A stretch of DNA of 64,000 bases from Lepidodermella squamata (lineage: Eukaryota > Animalia > Gastrotricha): assembly GCA_047495785.1 (NCBI GenBank), contig JBLDXI010000042.1, positions 558,001 through 622,000 of the forward strand. The letters are read 5' to 3'. The notes under the pieces were generated by a model. That model was not told the DNA's origin and ran no database searches. It was given only the letters and a program-made list of their open reading frames with translations. Positions within the stretch are counted from its first letter, which is position 1, and each line of letters starts with the position of its first letter. The position numbers and the translations under genes were made by a program. Below, one piece after another: positions 12,822 to 24,100 of this stretch.

Positions 12822-15173
12822 ATGTTGAAAATTATCGTATTATCGCTGATTCTTAGCTCAAAAGTCGAGGCTCAAGTCCAAAAGCTGAGACTTGCAAACT
12901 TCATGCCGTTCACCGGGCTGGAACCAAATCGATACCAAACCTGTAAAGCTATGGCTGAAATAGTAATCGGCCTCGTCAACAATCGAAGCGATATCCTACC
13001 AAACTACTTCATCGAGCCGCAATTCTTCGACGACAACAATGGCCCAATGTTAGCCCGCCGTTTACTCGAATACGACAGCCAATTTCCGGGGGACAACATC
13101 CTGAGAGCTCCGGTTGTAGTCGGCACGGTTAATTCTTGTGAGAACATCGCATCGTTCGCTCATTTAATGGGCTACGTCCAGGTGTCTCAATGCGCGACTG
13201 ATGCTTTGAGTAACCGAGTCAGATACCCGAATCTTTACCTTATCCGGCCAATAGGATCCCAGTCTTGGATAGCCAGGCTTCGCTTCATCGTCGACATTGG
13301 AAAATGGAATTATTTTGGCCTGGTCGTGAACGCGAATCAAGACATTATCGGGGCGAAAGTTATGCAGAGAATAGCAATTCAAAACGGCCTTCAAGTCTAC
13401 TTCAACGCAATCTCGGATTTCGATGATGAAGCAGCTCTAGCCCTGAAAAAGTCCGATGCTCGAATAATTGCCGTGTACAGCACTGGATCAATGAATTATC
13501 AAGTTTTATGCCAATGTTACAAATTCGGAATCACTGGCCCGCAGTATGTTTTCATCATGGCGGGTAGTTGGTTCGCCGATCCAAGAACCCTACCCGCTAC
13601 TATCTACCCGGGATGTACTCGAGAGATGATTTTCACTCAAAGCCTCTACTCAATCATGGTCACGTCTCAGATTGTAACAGACGAGCCTTTGGTCAAGTCT
13701 GAGCTCGGTTTCAATATGTTTGAAATGGATAAAATGTTGGATTTATATACAAATTACTCGAGATTGCCCGACTACGGAAATCGATACCTATGCCATGATG
13801 TTACCCTTCAAAGCTTACTAGTACTGGATAGGGCTGATAAGAAGCTTCAATCATTGGGCCTTAGTCTGGCAAATATCTCGACCCATCAAGATTTGATAGC
13901 TAAAATTGTGAACCAAACAGCTGTTTCAATCTCGTACACCGGGCTGAGAAAGAGTGGTCTGAGCTCGTACAGCCAGGACAGGGGTGAGATGATGGGTAGT
14001 AAGTGGCCAGTTCAGCAATGGAACCCAACAGACGGTCTTAGGTCCATTTGGATGGTCGTCCAAGCTGAAAGTAACGATTCGAGCAATGAACTTACAATGT
14101 ACTCCACGTACCAGGTCTTGCAACCGAAATGGCAGACCGCGAATGGCAAACCACCGAGGGATAAAGCCTTGGTGAGGCATTCATATAAAGACATGCCTAT
14201 TGGCCTGCAAATCTCTGTTTACATCCTTTCGGGGCTGCTGATTCTAGCAAAATTCGCCGCAATTTCGATTTTATGGCTCAGAAAATCTAAGCAGGACTTT
14301 CGAAGGTTGCCTGTGATTTGTACGGCTCAATTCATTTCGCTAATTGTAGTTGATATCTCAGCCGTTCTCTTCACCCTGGAACTTGAGTTATCGAAAATGG
14401 AACCTCTTCAGTTGGCGAGGGTTCTAACTATTCTGATAGGTCTCAGCGTCTCTAACTTCAGCCTAGTTTCCCGGTCTTATCTCATGCTTTCAAAAGTTGC
14501 AGAGGTAAGGAAAATGGCGATGCAGGCTGCTTTCAAGGGCGGTAGGAGGATGAGTGCCAGCTCTGGAATCTTATTCCCGTTCTCAAGTGGAAGCGGGTCA
14601 GTGAAAGCCTTTTCCCCGGCAATGAGAGGCGGAAATTTCTTCCATCGAGCTATCGACCAGGATCACTTTTCAAGCCTCACCCGGAAAAACTTGATTTCGA
14701 TCTGTGGCAGCTTGATACTAGCAATCGTTTTCAGTATAGTTTGGGCAATTACTGACCGGACAAAATGCCTGAATATCGAACTTGCCTCAAGCCCTATTTA
14801 CTACCCTGAACTCGATACCTACGTCCGAACAAGTGCGGTCCATTGTTCGGCGGAAAATCAAGATATTTGGATGCTGGCAGCTTTAGGAATCAATGTTATC
14901 TGCCTGGTAATTGGTTGCTACTTAGCTCGACAGCTGATTAGAAATTCGAGTTTCATGGCTCACCATTGGGATTACAAATTTATATTCTACGCTATGGTCA
15001 ACTGCATTGTTTCAATGTTAGCATTTTGTCTTGTTATGCTGGCTGTTCCGAAGACCCCCGTTGGGCAGCGCATTGTTATGGCGTTCTCGGCGATTTTTAT
15101 CTCGGCTTCGACGTCAGTCGTCTGCTTGTTACCATTCACTAAGCGGGCTCGACTGGTCGGCTACACTAGCTAA
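12822..15173 (+). CDS. Class C GPCR, GABA-B-receptor-like (Venus flytrap + 7TM), single coding exon, 783 aa
   Basis: Signal peptide; VNNRSDILPNY and LSNRVRYPNLY motifs; LKKSDARIIA; CYKFGITGPQYVFI; KPPRD stalk; seven hydrophobic segments; no cysteine-rich domain. Confidence 0.88.
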   Translation: MLKIIVLSLILSSKVEAQVQKLRLANFMPFTGLEPNRYQTCKAMAEIVIGLVNNRSDILPNYFIEPQFFDDNNGPMLARRLLEYDSQFPGDNILRAPVVVGTVNSCENIASFAHLMGYVQVSQCATDALSNRVRYPNLYLIRPIGSQSWIARLRFIVDIGKWNYFGLVVNANQDIIGAKVMQRIAIQNGLQVYFNAISDFDDEAALALKKSDARIIAVYSTGSMNYQVLCQCYKFGITGPQYVFIMAGSWFADPRTLPATIYPGCTREMIFTQSLYSIMVTSQIVTDEPLVKSELGFNMFEMDKMLDLYTNYSRLPDYGNRYLCHDVTLQSLLVLDRADKKLQSLGLSLANISTHQDLIAKIVNQTAVSISYTGLRKSGLSSYSQDRGEMMGSKWPVQQWNPTDGLRSIWMVVQAESNDSSNELTMYSTYQVLQPKWQTANGKPPRDKALVRHSYKDMPIGLQISVYILSGLLILAKFAAISILWLRKSKQDFRRLPVICTAQFISLIVVDISAVLFTLELELSKMEPLQLARVLTILIGLSVSNFSLVSRSYLMLSKVAEVRKMAMQAAFKGGRRMSASSGILFPFSSGSGSVKAFSPAMRGGNFFHRAIDQDHFSSLTRKNLISICGSLILAIVFSIVWAITDRTKCLNIELASSPIYYPELDTYVRTSAVHCSAENQDIWMLAALGINVICLVIGCYLARQLIRNSSFMAHHWDYKFIFYAMVNCIVSMLAFCLVMLAVPKTPVGQRIVMAFSAIFISASTSVVCLLPFTKRARLVGYTS

Positions 15174-15989
15174 AGACTTTGTTTTTTACTTTACTTTCCG
15201 TGCTGACGAGTTGAAAAATATGTTCGTGCTTTATCTAATGTTTAACGTCCACACTCCACACCTTTGGAGTAAATTAGCAGGTCTGACGCTGATTCGTGAT
15301 GAAATATACGCCAAGCAATCGATTTCCCCAGCGATAGCCTCCATGAGAAGGAGGGATGGGGTGGGGAGGAATGCGAATGAATCGACAAGACAACCAAAAC
15401 TCTTGTCCGTTTTTCTACATGCCATATCCTCAATTTACAAATTTACCCAACTGCATCATGGAATGCCGTACAACATACAAGATATCATACGACTAATATT
15501 AAGTGAACAATGGTTCGTATTCGCGAGTAAACCTTGTGGAGAAGTGTTGTCCGAAATTTAAGATGATGCAGAGACGCTAGGTAGATTACTCACCTCAGAT
15601 TAACCCAAAATAAGATGAGAATTTACTGCGCGGGGGATTATTGATTGACGCAATAAAAAACTAAATTTTTCAAGAGCGCATTTTTCTAGGAAATTATTCT
15701 TTCCAACCAGTAAAATTTGAAGCCAGTATTCTCAGCAACCCTGATGACTATCGGACTATCGACCTTTTTTGATTTCGTTCGACTCCTGGTCCATTGACCT
15801 TGAAGGTGGCATAAAAATTCAACCCGGATGTTGAGCTGACTTGATATCGACTCAACTTGAGGTATTGAGTTGAGCAAAAGCCTGAAGAAACGATGTGAAG
15901 CGGTAGAGTGCTTGAATGACGGCGATTTTGTGAGTAGGGAAGTTTGTTGGAATGACCCGGAATTCCCCACTACAAAGGTCTCAAATTCT

Positions 15990-16076
15990 GTGCGAAATCC
16001 CATGGTTGGAAATTGGCCCCTATCAGCAGACTGCGGTCTCTCTGATTTCGGGCCGTGGAAAATCGATGCCTGTTGA
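15990..16076 (+). pseudogene. LamG-like N-terminal remnant
   Basis: Short ORF end NPMVGNWPLSADCGLSDFGPWKIDA resembles the LIGFWPLS / LIASWPLV starts of the LamG domains elsewhere in the window; it stops immediately afterwards. Confidence 0.4.
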
Positions 16077-16797
16077 CGAAACCCAACATCGAAACCTAGC
16101 TTCGTCGAAACCGGAGCACAAAGGCCGATTCTCGAATTCGTGCATCCTAATTCTAGCTTATAAGGTAGGTAAAGTTAAGTTATTTTCCATATTCTCATTT
16201 CTCCAGCTCGAATGATGTGTTCATGCGAGAGGGCAAAGTTTTAGGGACGATCTTGAAGTCACCCTACAGCCTAATCTCCAATCTCAATAGAGCAACACCT
16301 AATGTTACGCTTCAATTTTTCCTTCTCAGACGAGGATTTTTCGCCTCGAGCCTCGAAGTGTCCTCTCGACCTATCGAAGTTCCCTTTCGATGGTTGTTGG
16401 TTTGCGAATTTGAGTTCACCTTTCATAGCTCGAAAGAGCATGTTGTGTTCTCAGAGTCTATTGTGCTATGCCCTGAAGACCCATCTTCATTCAACTGAAT
16501 TTTATTTTTTTGTATTGTAATTTTTCGAACTCGACCTCGCCATCAGGTAGGGTGAGCGCTAGGGCTAATAACGCTAATAGCGCTAATAAAACATAATATA
16601 TTATGTAAAATGTAAATGTTCGATTCTTTATTTCTGAATAATTGTCGAAATGGCGAAAAGAATCGTATCACTTGATATGATGAAAAAACGTTCTTATCCA
16701 TTGTTAACATGGACGGGCTGACCTTGTACAATTGTAACCATTCTGCGATTGCTGTTAAGCATCTAAAAGCGAAAAGCTGAACTATGTATGAAACAAA

Positions 16798-19357
16798 TTA
16801 GTTGTTGCGTACCTTCATTGCGACTACGGGAATCAAATTAGCTGCCGTGAACGTCAGGGCGAAAGACGCTAGCAGAACCGGCATATACTCTGGTCGATTT
16901 GGCGGTGTCATGAACGCTAGTGCAATCCCAGCCGCAATTAGGGTAATTTTGCAGTAGACAAATTTTGACAAATTACGCATATCATTGCCTCGAATTGATT
17001 GAATCAATCGCTGGAAAGACAACACCAAGGTATCTTAAGGACCACATACAATTAAAAATAAACTACCTTGGACGTCTGCACTTTATACACCTGGATGCAT
17101 ATTCGTATGAGAAGACAAATTTGCAGAAGACTAGCAAGCGCTAGAAACAATGGGCTCACAGCTTTGCTGAAAAATTTCTCAGAAAATTGGCATGAGTAGT
17201 AGTAAGGCCGATAAAGGGTACTCGAATCGCTCCCATCCAAGTTAGGACCGAAGACAATTTTTGACTCAAGTGGCTCCTTTCCTATGGCAACAGCCATCAG
17301 AAAGACCTGCTGAAGAGCCCAGAGATGTGGAAATAATGCCACTGAGTACATACAAAGTTTATAGGAGATTCTCCTCAACAACGGCAAGCTTCCATATTGA
17401 TGAATTGAAGACGGATTGAGGAGAAAAGGTGCCCTTCGCACAATCGTTGAATCCAGCGCTTTTTTGATTCTCAGCTTCATCGAAATTCCTGAAAGAACGA
17501 GAGAATTGCCAACCACCATCAGAAAAGTGCCAACATTGCAGGTGATTGCGATTGTTTCATTGGTCAGCCCAACTGGCAATAGGAAAACAAAGCCGAGAAG
17601 CCACAAATCGCCCAACAAATTTGCGCAATCCCCACTGTTGAATTTGAGATTCCCAAATCGGTCTGTTTTACCTCGACGTTTCAAGTAAACTATAAGCAAA
17701 ACTGTCAGTATGAAAGAAAACAGCGCCGCGGATAAGCACAGGATAATGCAACTCGTCGATGTTGGAAACATCGGAACTTTCAAGTCAATTTTTCTGATTT
17801 TATCAGGTGGGGGTTGACCATCTTGAGTCCCCCAAGCCAAGTCAATAATTTTAATAGGATTCCTATCATTCTGCTTGAGATATGCTGCTGTTGTGAATCC
17901 GGAATTGTTCGCAAAGGTTCGCGTGAAGGTAATTGGGACGTATCCTTTGGTCAAGTTGGTTTCACGATTAATACCATACTCACCCTTCAAGCCGGTGACA
18001 TTGAGCCTATACGAAGCTTCTTTGATTGATTCAACAATCTCGTTACCTCTAGTTCTGAAATTCTGGCCTGAAGTTACCCAATCGATCAACGTCTCGTTTC
18101 TCTCGTTTAGGACGTGCTCTGTCTCATGTAGAAGGTATCCCACCGTTAGGGCTCTGTCGTAGCATATAACAGGCCAATACTCCCAGTTAGGATGTGCTTC
18201 AGGTCGATCGATCCTTTCTTTCAACTTCTCCCGCATCGCCACTTCAGATAGGCCAGTCGAATCAGTAGTTTCAGGACCAAGTATTTGACCAAGACTTGTG
18301 TCACCGTAATAAATGAAACTAGGGGTAACTTGAAGAACGATTTCCTCATTGCACCAATCCACGTTCTCAGGGTACATCGGAACGCCCGGGTAAAGCCATG
18401 GGAACCAGGAAAGACTGAATACGGCATATTGAGGGCCGTACATTTCCATCATGTACAGCCAACACGCTACAGCCGTGGGGACTCCTGATTGGGATATGAT
18501 AATTCTGGCTTCTGACTGCTTCAGTGCGGTAAACTCGTTTCTCACTTCTGGTATATCCTCGTATGATATTTCAATTTTTCCAAAGTACACTATGGAGATG
18601 TTCTCATGCTCCAAGGCCATCACAAGACCCGGGTCCATCTGGAAAAAGAGTTTATAATTTAGTTTATTAATTTGGATATTGTTCACCATATTCGCATAGT
18701 GGAGAAGATCCGATACGATCGCAACTCTCTTCCAGCCCATTTTCAAGATAAACTTGGCAAGAGCTATGTATTGAATATCCCCTCGCTGGCCAAAGTTCAG
18801 GTAATTAGGAAATCGTTGCCTCTCGAGATACATTCTGTTCGTCCCTTGAGCGAGAGTCATCTGAAAAGTTTGGCGAAATCATTTTCCATGACTAAGGATC
18901 ATGATTCAAAACTCACGCCGAAGAAGTTGAATTGTTTGGCTAAAGATGCGGACATCAACTGCGCGACTTGCTCGTCGCATTCTGGCGCAACAATAATCGG
19001 GAGAAGAAAGTCCTCTTCTTCGCTGGACCTCAGTCTCCGCGTGAAACTGTTTATAGCCGTAGCATCGAGGCATTCATCGTCGATAAGGTCAAGGATGAGC
19101 TCATATTTCGGGAGCCAGGTGGCATCTGACCTAAGTTGGTCAAGCGCAACACCTTCCGCTTCAGTGCACGGAGGTCCCATTGGTAGAATTCCACTGTAAG
19201 ACAGCGACATCATGAGATGGATTTTCGTTCGGTTCGCTGTGAAATTTTGCAGGGCATACGATGCCTCAAAGTCAGGCATGGATGAATTTAGGGCTAGTTT
19301 AGCCACAACATCGAAGGTACCAAGATGTACTATGAGTGAAATTTTGCAATAATTCAT
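16798..19357 (-). CDS. Class C GPCR, GABA-B-receptor-like; complement(join(16798..17010,17067..18638,18687..18860,18917..19357)), ~799 aa
   Basis: Three phase-0 GT-AG introns (56, 48, 56 nt) join four ORF pieces into 2400 nt. Motifs WLPKYEL, RQRFPNY, MGWKRVAIV, LKQSEARIII, MYGPQYA, QPPPD, then seven TM segments. Confidence 0.82.
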
Positions 19358-19899
19358 TCTGCGATGTGCACCGATATTTAAAAGCTAACGCGAGAAGTCT
19401 CAGATGGCTATAGAGCCCATGTAGGTAAGAATTTCCAGCCTTATTAAGACATCAGAGACATCAGAGATCTGGGAAAGTTAGCTAGCTTGATGGCGTTAAA
19501 TATTCTGAGAAACATGTGGCGCCAGTTTGTTGAGCGACTCGTTGCTAGCTGCATTTCGAGATACGTCCTTGGGCTCAAGATAATCCGACAAAGTTCAAAT
19601 TCGGCGCTGTAGGATTGTCTCCAAGGAATAAAGTTTCTAATTATAAGCGAAAGGCGAGAAGACCGTCTCGTCTTTCCTTAGTCTTTAAGACTGTCTGGCT
19701 ATTCTTGAATGTCGCCTAATTTGCAGATTGTCATCACACCTAATTTACGAAAATTCCCTGTGTCAATTCTGCTGCTTTTCTAAGATTCCAGAAATAAAAT
19801 TCGCTGAAAACTGAAAAAATGCATGCTTTAATTGTGGAAAATGAATACGAATACAACAGTTACAAACATTTTTAACGGTTTCCAAAAGCAGTTTTGTCA

Positions 19900-20101
19900 T
19901 TACAAGCCAGGGCAAGGTTTTGTGTTGACGACTTTTCCGTTGCAGCAGGACTGCCAGATAACATTGATAGCTGTTGTCCCGCAGCGTACGCAGAAGGCAT
20001 TCGAAGACTGGCCGTTGATAAGTCCATCGCAACAGATGTATTGATTCAGATTAAATGCAACGCCGTTGCAAAGTGGCTCAGCTCTACTTGCTACCAGAAT
20101 C
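19900..20101 (-). CDS. Terminal exon of a small secreted galaxin-like di-cysteine repeat protein (first exon not located)
   Basis: Acceptor tatgcag| then ILVASRAEPLCNGVAFNLNQYICCDGLING...CGTTAINVIWQSCCNGKVVNTKPCPGL*, i.e. two C-x(~11)-CC-x-G repeats. Confidence 0.55.
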
Positions 20102-21135
20102 TGCATAGAGAAACGCGACCAGGGTAGGTTGCAGTTAGTCAAGTACGGACAATATTTGTTTCGCCTCGCATTTGTTCAATATACTTAAGTGACCATGAGG
20201 AAGTTTTTGAAGCGGTGCTTGCCATTCGATAGATCTAGTGTTCGGTAAACTTCCTGGTAATTCTCGTTAGAGTCGGATTCGAGCAGGTTGGTTGAAAATG
20301 CTTGCGATTTTGACAGAAACTTCCCTTGGATTCACCCTCCAAGGCTTGAAAGAGCAAGTTGCGTTCTTAACTTCCATTGCACTATGCCCTGACGAACCAT
20401 CTACAGCTGAATTTTTGTTTTGTGATGTTTCAAATTCGACCTCGCCATCAGGTGGAGTGCTAGTGTTGTTACCTTCAAGGTTGATTTTCCCTAACGTTTC
20501 GTTCGTTTCGTTCGTTGATCCCCAAAACCGCTGGGAGTGTCCTGCTGAACGAGTTCATCTTAGCTCTATCAGGTATTGCAGCTGTTATATCGAACTATGG
20601 GCTAATTTGGTTTATAAGCCTAAAACAAGAAATTTGACTAGAAGATCTGCTGTGGAATGACATTCAATTTCTCGACGGTAAAATGTTCCTGGTTATAGGA
20701 TGACCCAAGCCTGGCGGCCCAGTTCCAGAGGCCCGAGCCCGGCGGCCCGAGTGGGGCGCTGAACAACAGCTCTGTTTCCTATTGTTCTCCGCCGTGCTCG
20801 GGGTGGCACCGCTTGGAGGCCCGTGTGCGGTGAAGCGCGATACGATGAAATTCGTTAAATTTGCATTAAACGTCGCATACGGGCGCATTTCAGACCGGCC
20901 CGAGCGCGGAGTGGTAAAGTGCCGTTACCCGACCGCGTACGGGCTGACCCGAACGCGTTTGGGCCGAATTCGGGCTCGGGCCCCAACATATCGATCATAA
21001 ATCATAATATTTATTCGATATATCGGTGTTACAAATCAACACTCAATACTCGCTATCTCCATAAGTAAACACATTCATTCAAGTTCAGTCAGATTTCGAA
21101 TTCTCTTCAAGGAACATGGATGACAATGGCCGATT

Positions 21136-24100
21136 TCAGAGCAGTTCAGGAATCGCAAAAGCAGCACAATAAATTTCAAGAACTCGCTGTGTTTCGAAGG
21201 AAATGGAATTAGCCGAGAAAATGTTCAGGCAAGCCATGCTTCCCATCAACGGCTCGACGGGCGTAGCCCAAGATCTGTGAACAAATCGAATGAATATTTA
21301 ATATTTTGATCATTTCTGGAATATATATACCCCGCCAAGTGGAATGAATTGGATGTGGCAAAGGGAGAGAGCGTCGGATAATCCGATGCGTAAGATTCTG
21401 CTGTACAGCTAATGAACGCTTTTCCTCCATCGGCGTCGTAGCCAATTTTAAGATGATGCCACGCGGCTCCACTCAATCCGGAACAGCCAAATGATGTATC
21501 GGTCGACCCATCACCATACGGCCTGATCGTAAATGTTTGATTAATATCGGTCGTAATTCTGAGACCAGGCTTCGACCCATCGGGGGCGAATTCTAAGATT
21601 GTGCCTTTCTGCTTAGCCGACGCAGCGAACAATGTCATCGTGAAGCCAGCATTTAGCTTGAACTTTTCAGCAGTCACAGCGATAGGATTGGTTGAGTTGT
21701 AATAAAAGGCCGTGCTAGGCCGGCCAAACGGACCAGTTACTTTCTGAAGAGCGATGTTTGATGTCGTGAAATCAGCTTTGGGATCGATAAGGTCATTCAG
21801 ATCGGAAACCAAAGGCCAGCTGGCAATCAGCCCGGGTAATCGCGATCTTATCACGTCCATGGTCAAAATCTTTCCGAGCTGAATTTGAAGGCACTTCTTG
21901 CGCAGTATCCACAGTTGGTCGAGGGACATGGCGTGTCTGTGAAGCGAGAAACACGCCTGTCTGCCATTGAAAGTGAAGTTTCCGGCCAAATCTCCACCGA
22001 GTCTTATTTTCGAGCTAACCTTCGGTCTGACTCCGGTTAACGGCACCTCTTGGACAAAGTTATCATGCACGACCAGCACCTTCTCGGTATCGAAGTTGTA
22101 AGATATGGCGACGAAGGACCAAAACGGATCCACACTCGCCACCACACCTTGCAGATCATGATCGGTATCCGGATCTGTAGAGAAAAAATGTTCTCCTTAC
22201 AGTAATTACTAAGATTACACTAACTAAAGGAGCATGTAGTCGATGTAAAACGTACCTGTTCTGAGTCGTAAAGTGTCATCTGCTCTGCTAATTCCAACGC
22301 CTGTAAGATCTTGTGCGTCGTAGAACCCGAAAATTCTTTGCAAGCCGCTGAAAGCCAAGGGAAAGAACACATATTCAGCAACCGTGAAAGATGAATTCTC
22401 GACATTGAGCAAGCTGTTGTCCAATAACACAGATCCAGCTGCTGAATCAATAGATGTCCATACAGCTGCTGAGCTGCTGTATGGACCGCTGCCGAATGAC
22501 AAAGATCCGCCGGTATAACTGCCGTTGATGCCATTTCCACTGATGTCACTCGTACCGAATTCCTGGCTGAGAGGCAAGTAAAGTGTTTCAAATGGTAGCC
22601 CGAAGGGAGTCTCTGTGTCGAAAATTCGAATTTTTTTCAACACAGAAAGCAGGGAGAACAAAGCTAGCTTACGCTTATCACACAGCTCAGCACTTTTGAA
22701 CATCGATGTTGATGTCTGAACATGAAAATTAGCTGTGAAGAAACGTTAGCTTTTGTTTCAGGGCTCACCCAGTTTTGAGGGCAGTCGCTTGCTACTGGAA
22801 CGCATTTCGCCGCCATAAGAAGGGCAAACGTGCAGAGCTTATGCTAAGTATACAACAGAAAAATTGTAATAAATCGGCAGATGTAAAAAGACCCCTGGCT
22901 TGCATAACAAGTCGGTCTGGAAATCGTACGATCTCTCATATTTTAGTGTAGCTTTCGTTTAGCCTACTAATTCTAACAAATACCGTGAATTCATCAGTGG
23001 CTTCCATCTTGCAGGCGCCGTGATTTTCTTTGAACGACGTCGAGTTGCCATAGACTTTAACCTGTCACAATGAATTCTTGTTGCGAATTAAAAAGTTGTC
23101 GAGGCGCCTAACTTACCCGCGTACCACTCGGATAAACTCCATAGCACTGCTTGCCCTTGCTTGTGTCACATAGAACGGCTCTCTGTTGGGGTAGAAAAAG
23201 ACAACACTGTAACAGATAGGACACCAGCGATCTCCATTGTGAATTCCATAGTGAATTTATTCGAGCTGTTATTGCAAAAAGGGCGGCACGCGACCACTTT
23301 TTATGCCACCTAACGCCCTATCCGCCCATTATAATTTTAATTATTTTCTAAAATTAAAAAAGCCGCAGGTACCCCTTTCGAAAATTTTGATTTTCTGCTG
23401 ATAAATACTAGAAGCTGACCTCTATCTAATGATACCAGGCACACCTAGTGTTCCCTTATGGATATTTTTCTATAATTCGCCAAAAAGTGCCATATTTGGT
23501 GTTTTTGGGCAAAATTGCCACTCTTCTGCCAATGAAAAATTTCGAAAAAATTAGTTTATCCATATTGAGAATTTTCTCTATCCGGTGATATAAAATTTGT
23601 CGGTTAATTAATTTATTTTGATTTTTCGATTTTTTTCGGTCTTGTGTAAAAAGGTGATAAGATGTGTGTGTGTGTACTCACGTATAATTGGCGACTGGCC
23701 AAGGAAGTTGGCAGTCGGCCAAGGGAATAAAATAACGTGGTTGGCAACTGGCCAAGGAGTTTGGCAGTTGGCCATGGAATGTCGGCATCGAGCCAACACA
23801 AGAATTAAACATAAATATACTAAATTCCTTAGATCTATCCGGCCTATATAAGCGCCGTTGAAAACGTGCAAGAATCATCATTTTATGCAAATAATAAAAC
23901 CTTTGATTTATACTCTTGGACTTAGCATTTTCGCGACTTTCTTTTGGTTGCTATTGTATTTCATTTACAAGAAGTTTTACGAGCCGCATATTAATCCTTC
24001 GCGGGAATAATTCAGTAGTACAAGAACTCACGAGAGATATTACTTTTCATTAGTTTACAAAGTTTCCGTACTACATCTTTTCTGGTGGCCACTGGTAGCT

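Noticed and set aside
20700-20990. GC-rich island with ORFs 20664-20888 and 20782-21000
   Set aside because: ggcccgagcccg/cgggctcgggcc inverted motifs suggest a MITE, but no clean TIR or TSD was found; the ORFs have no recognisable features.
23608-23890. Short ORFs duplicated at 34918-35225
   Set aside because: Chance ORFs inside the two LTRs.
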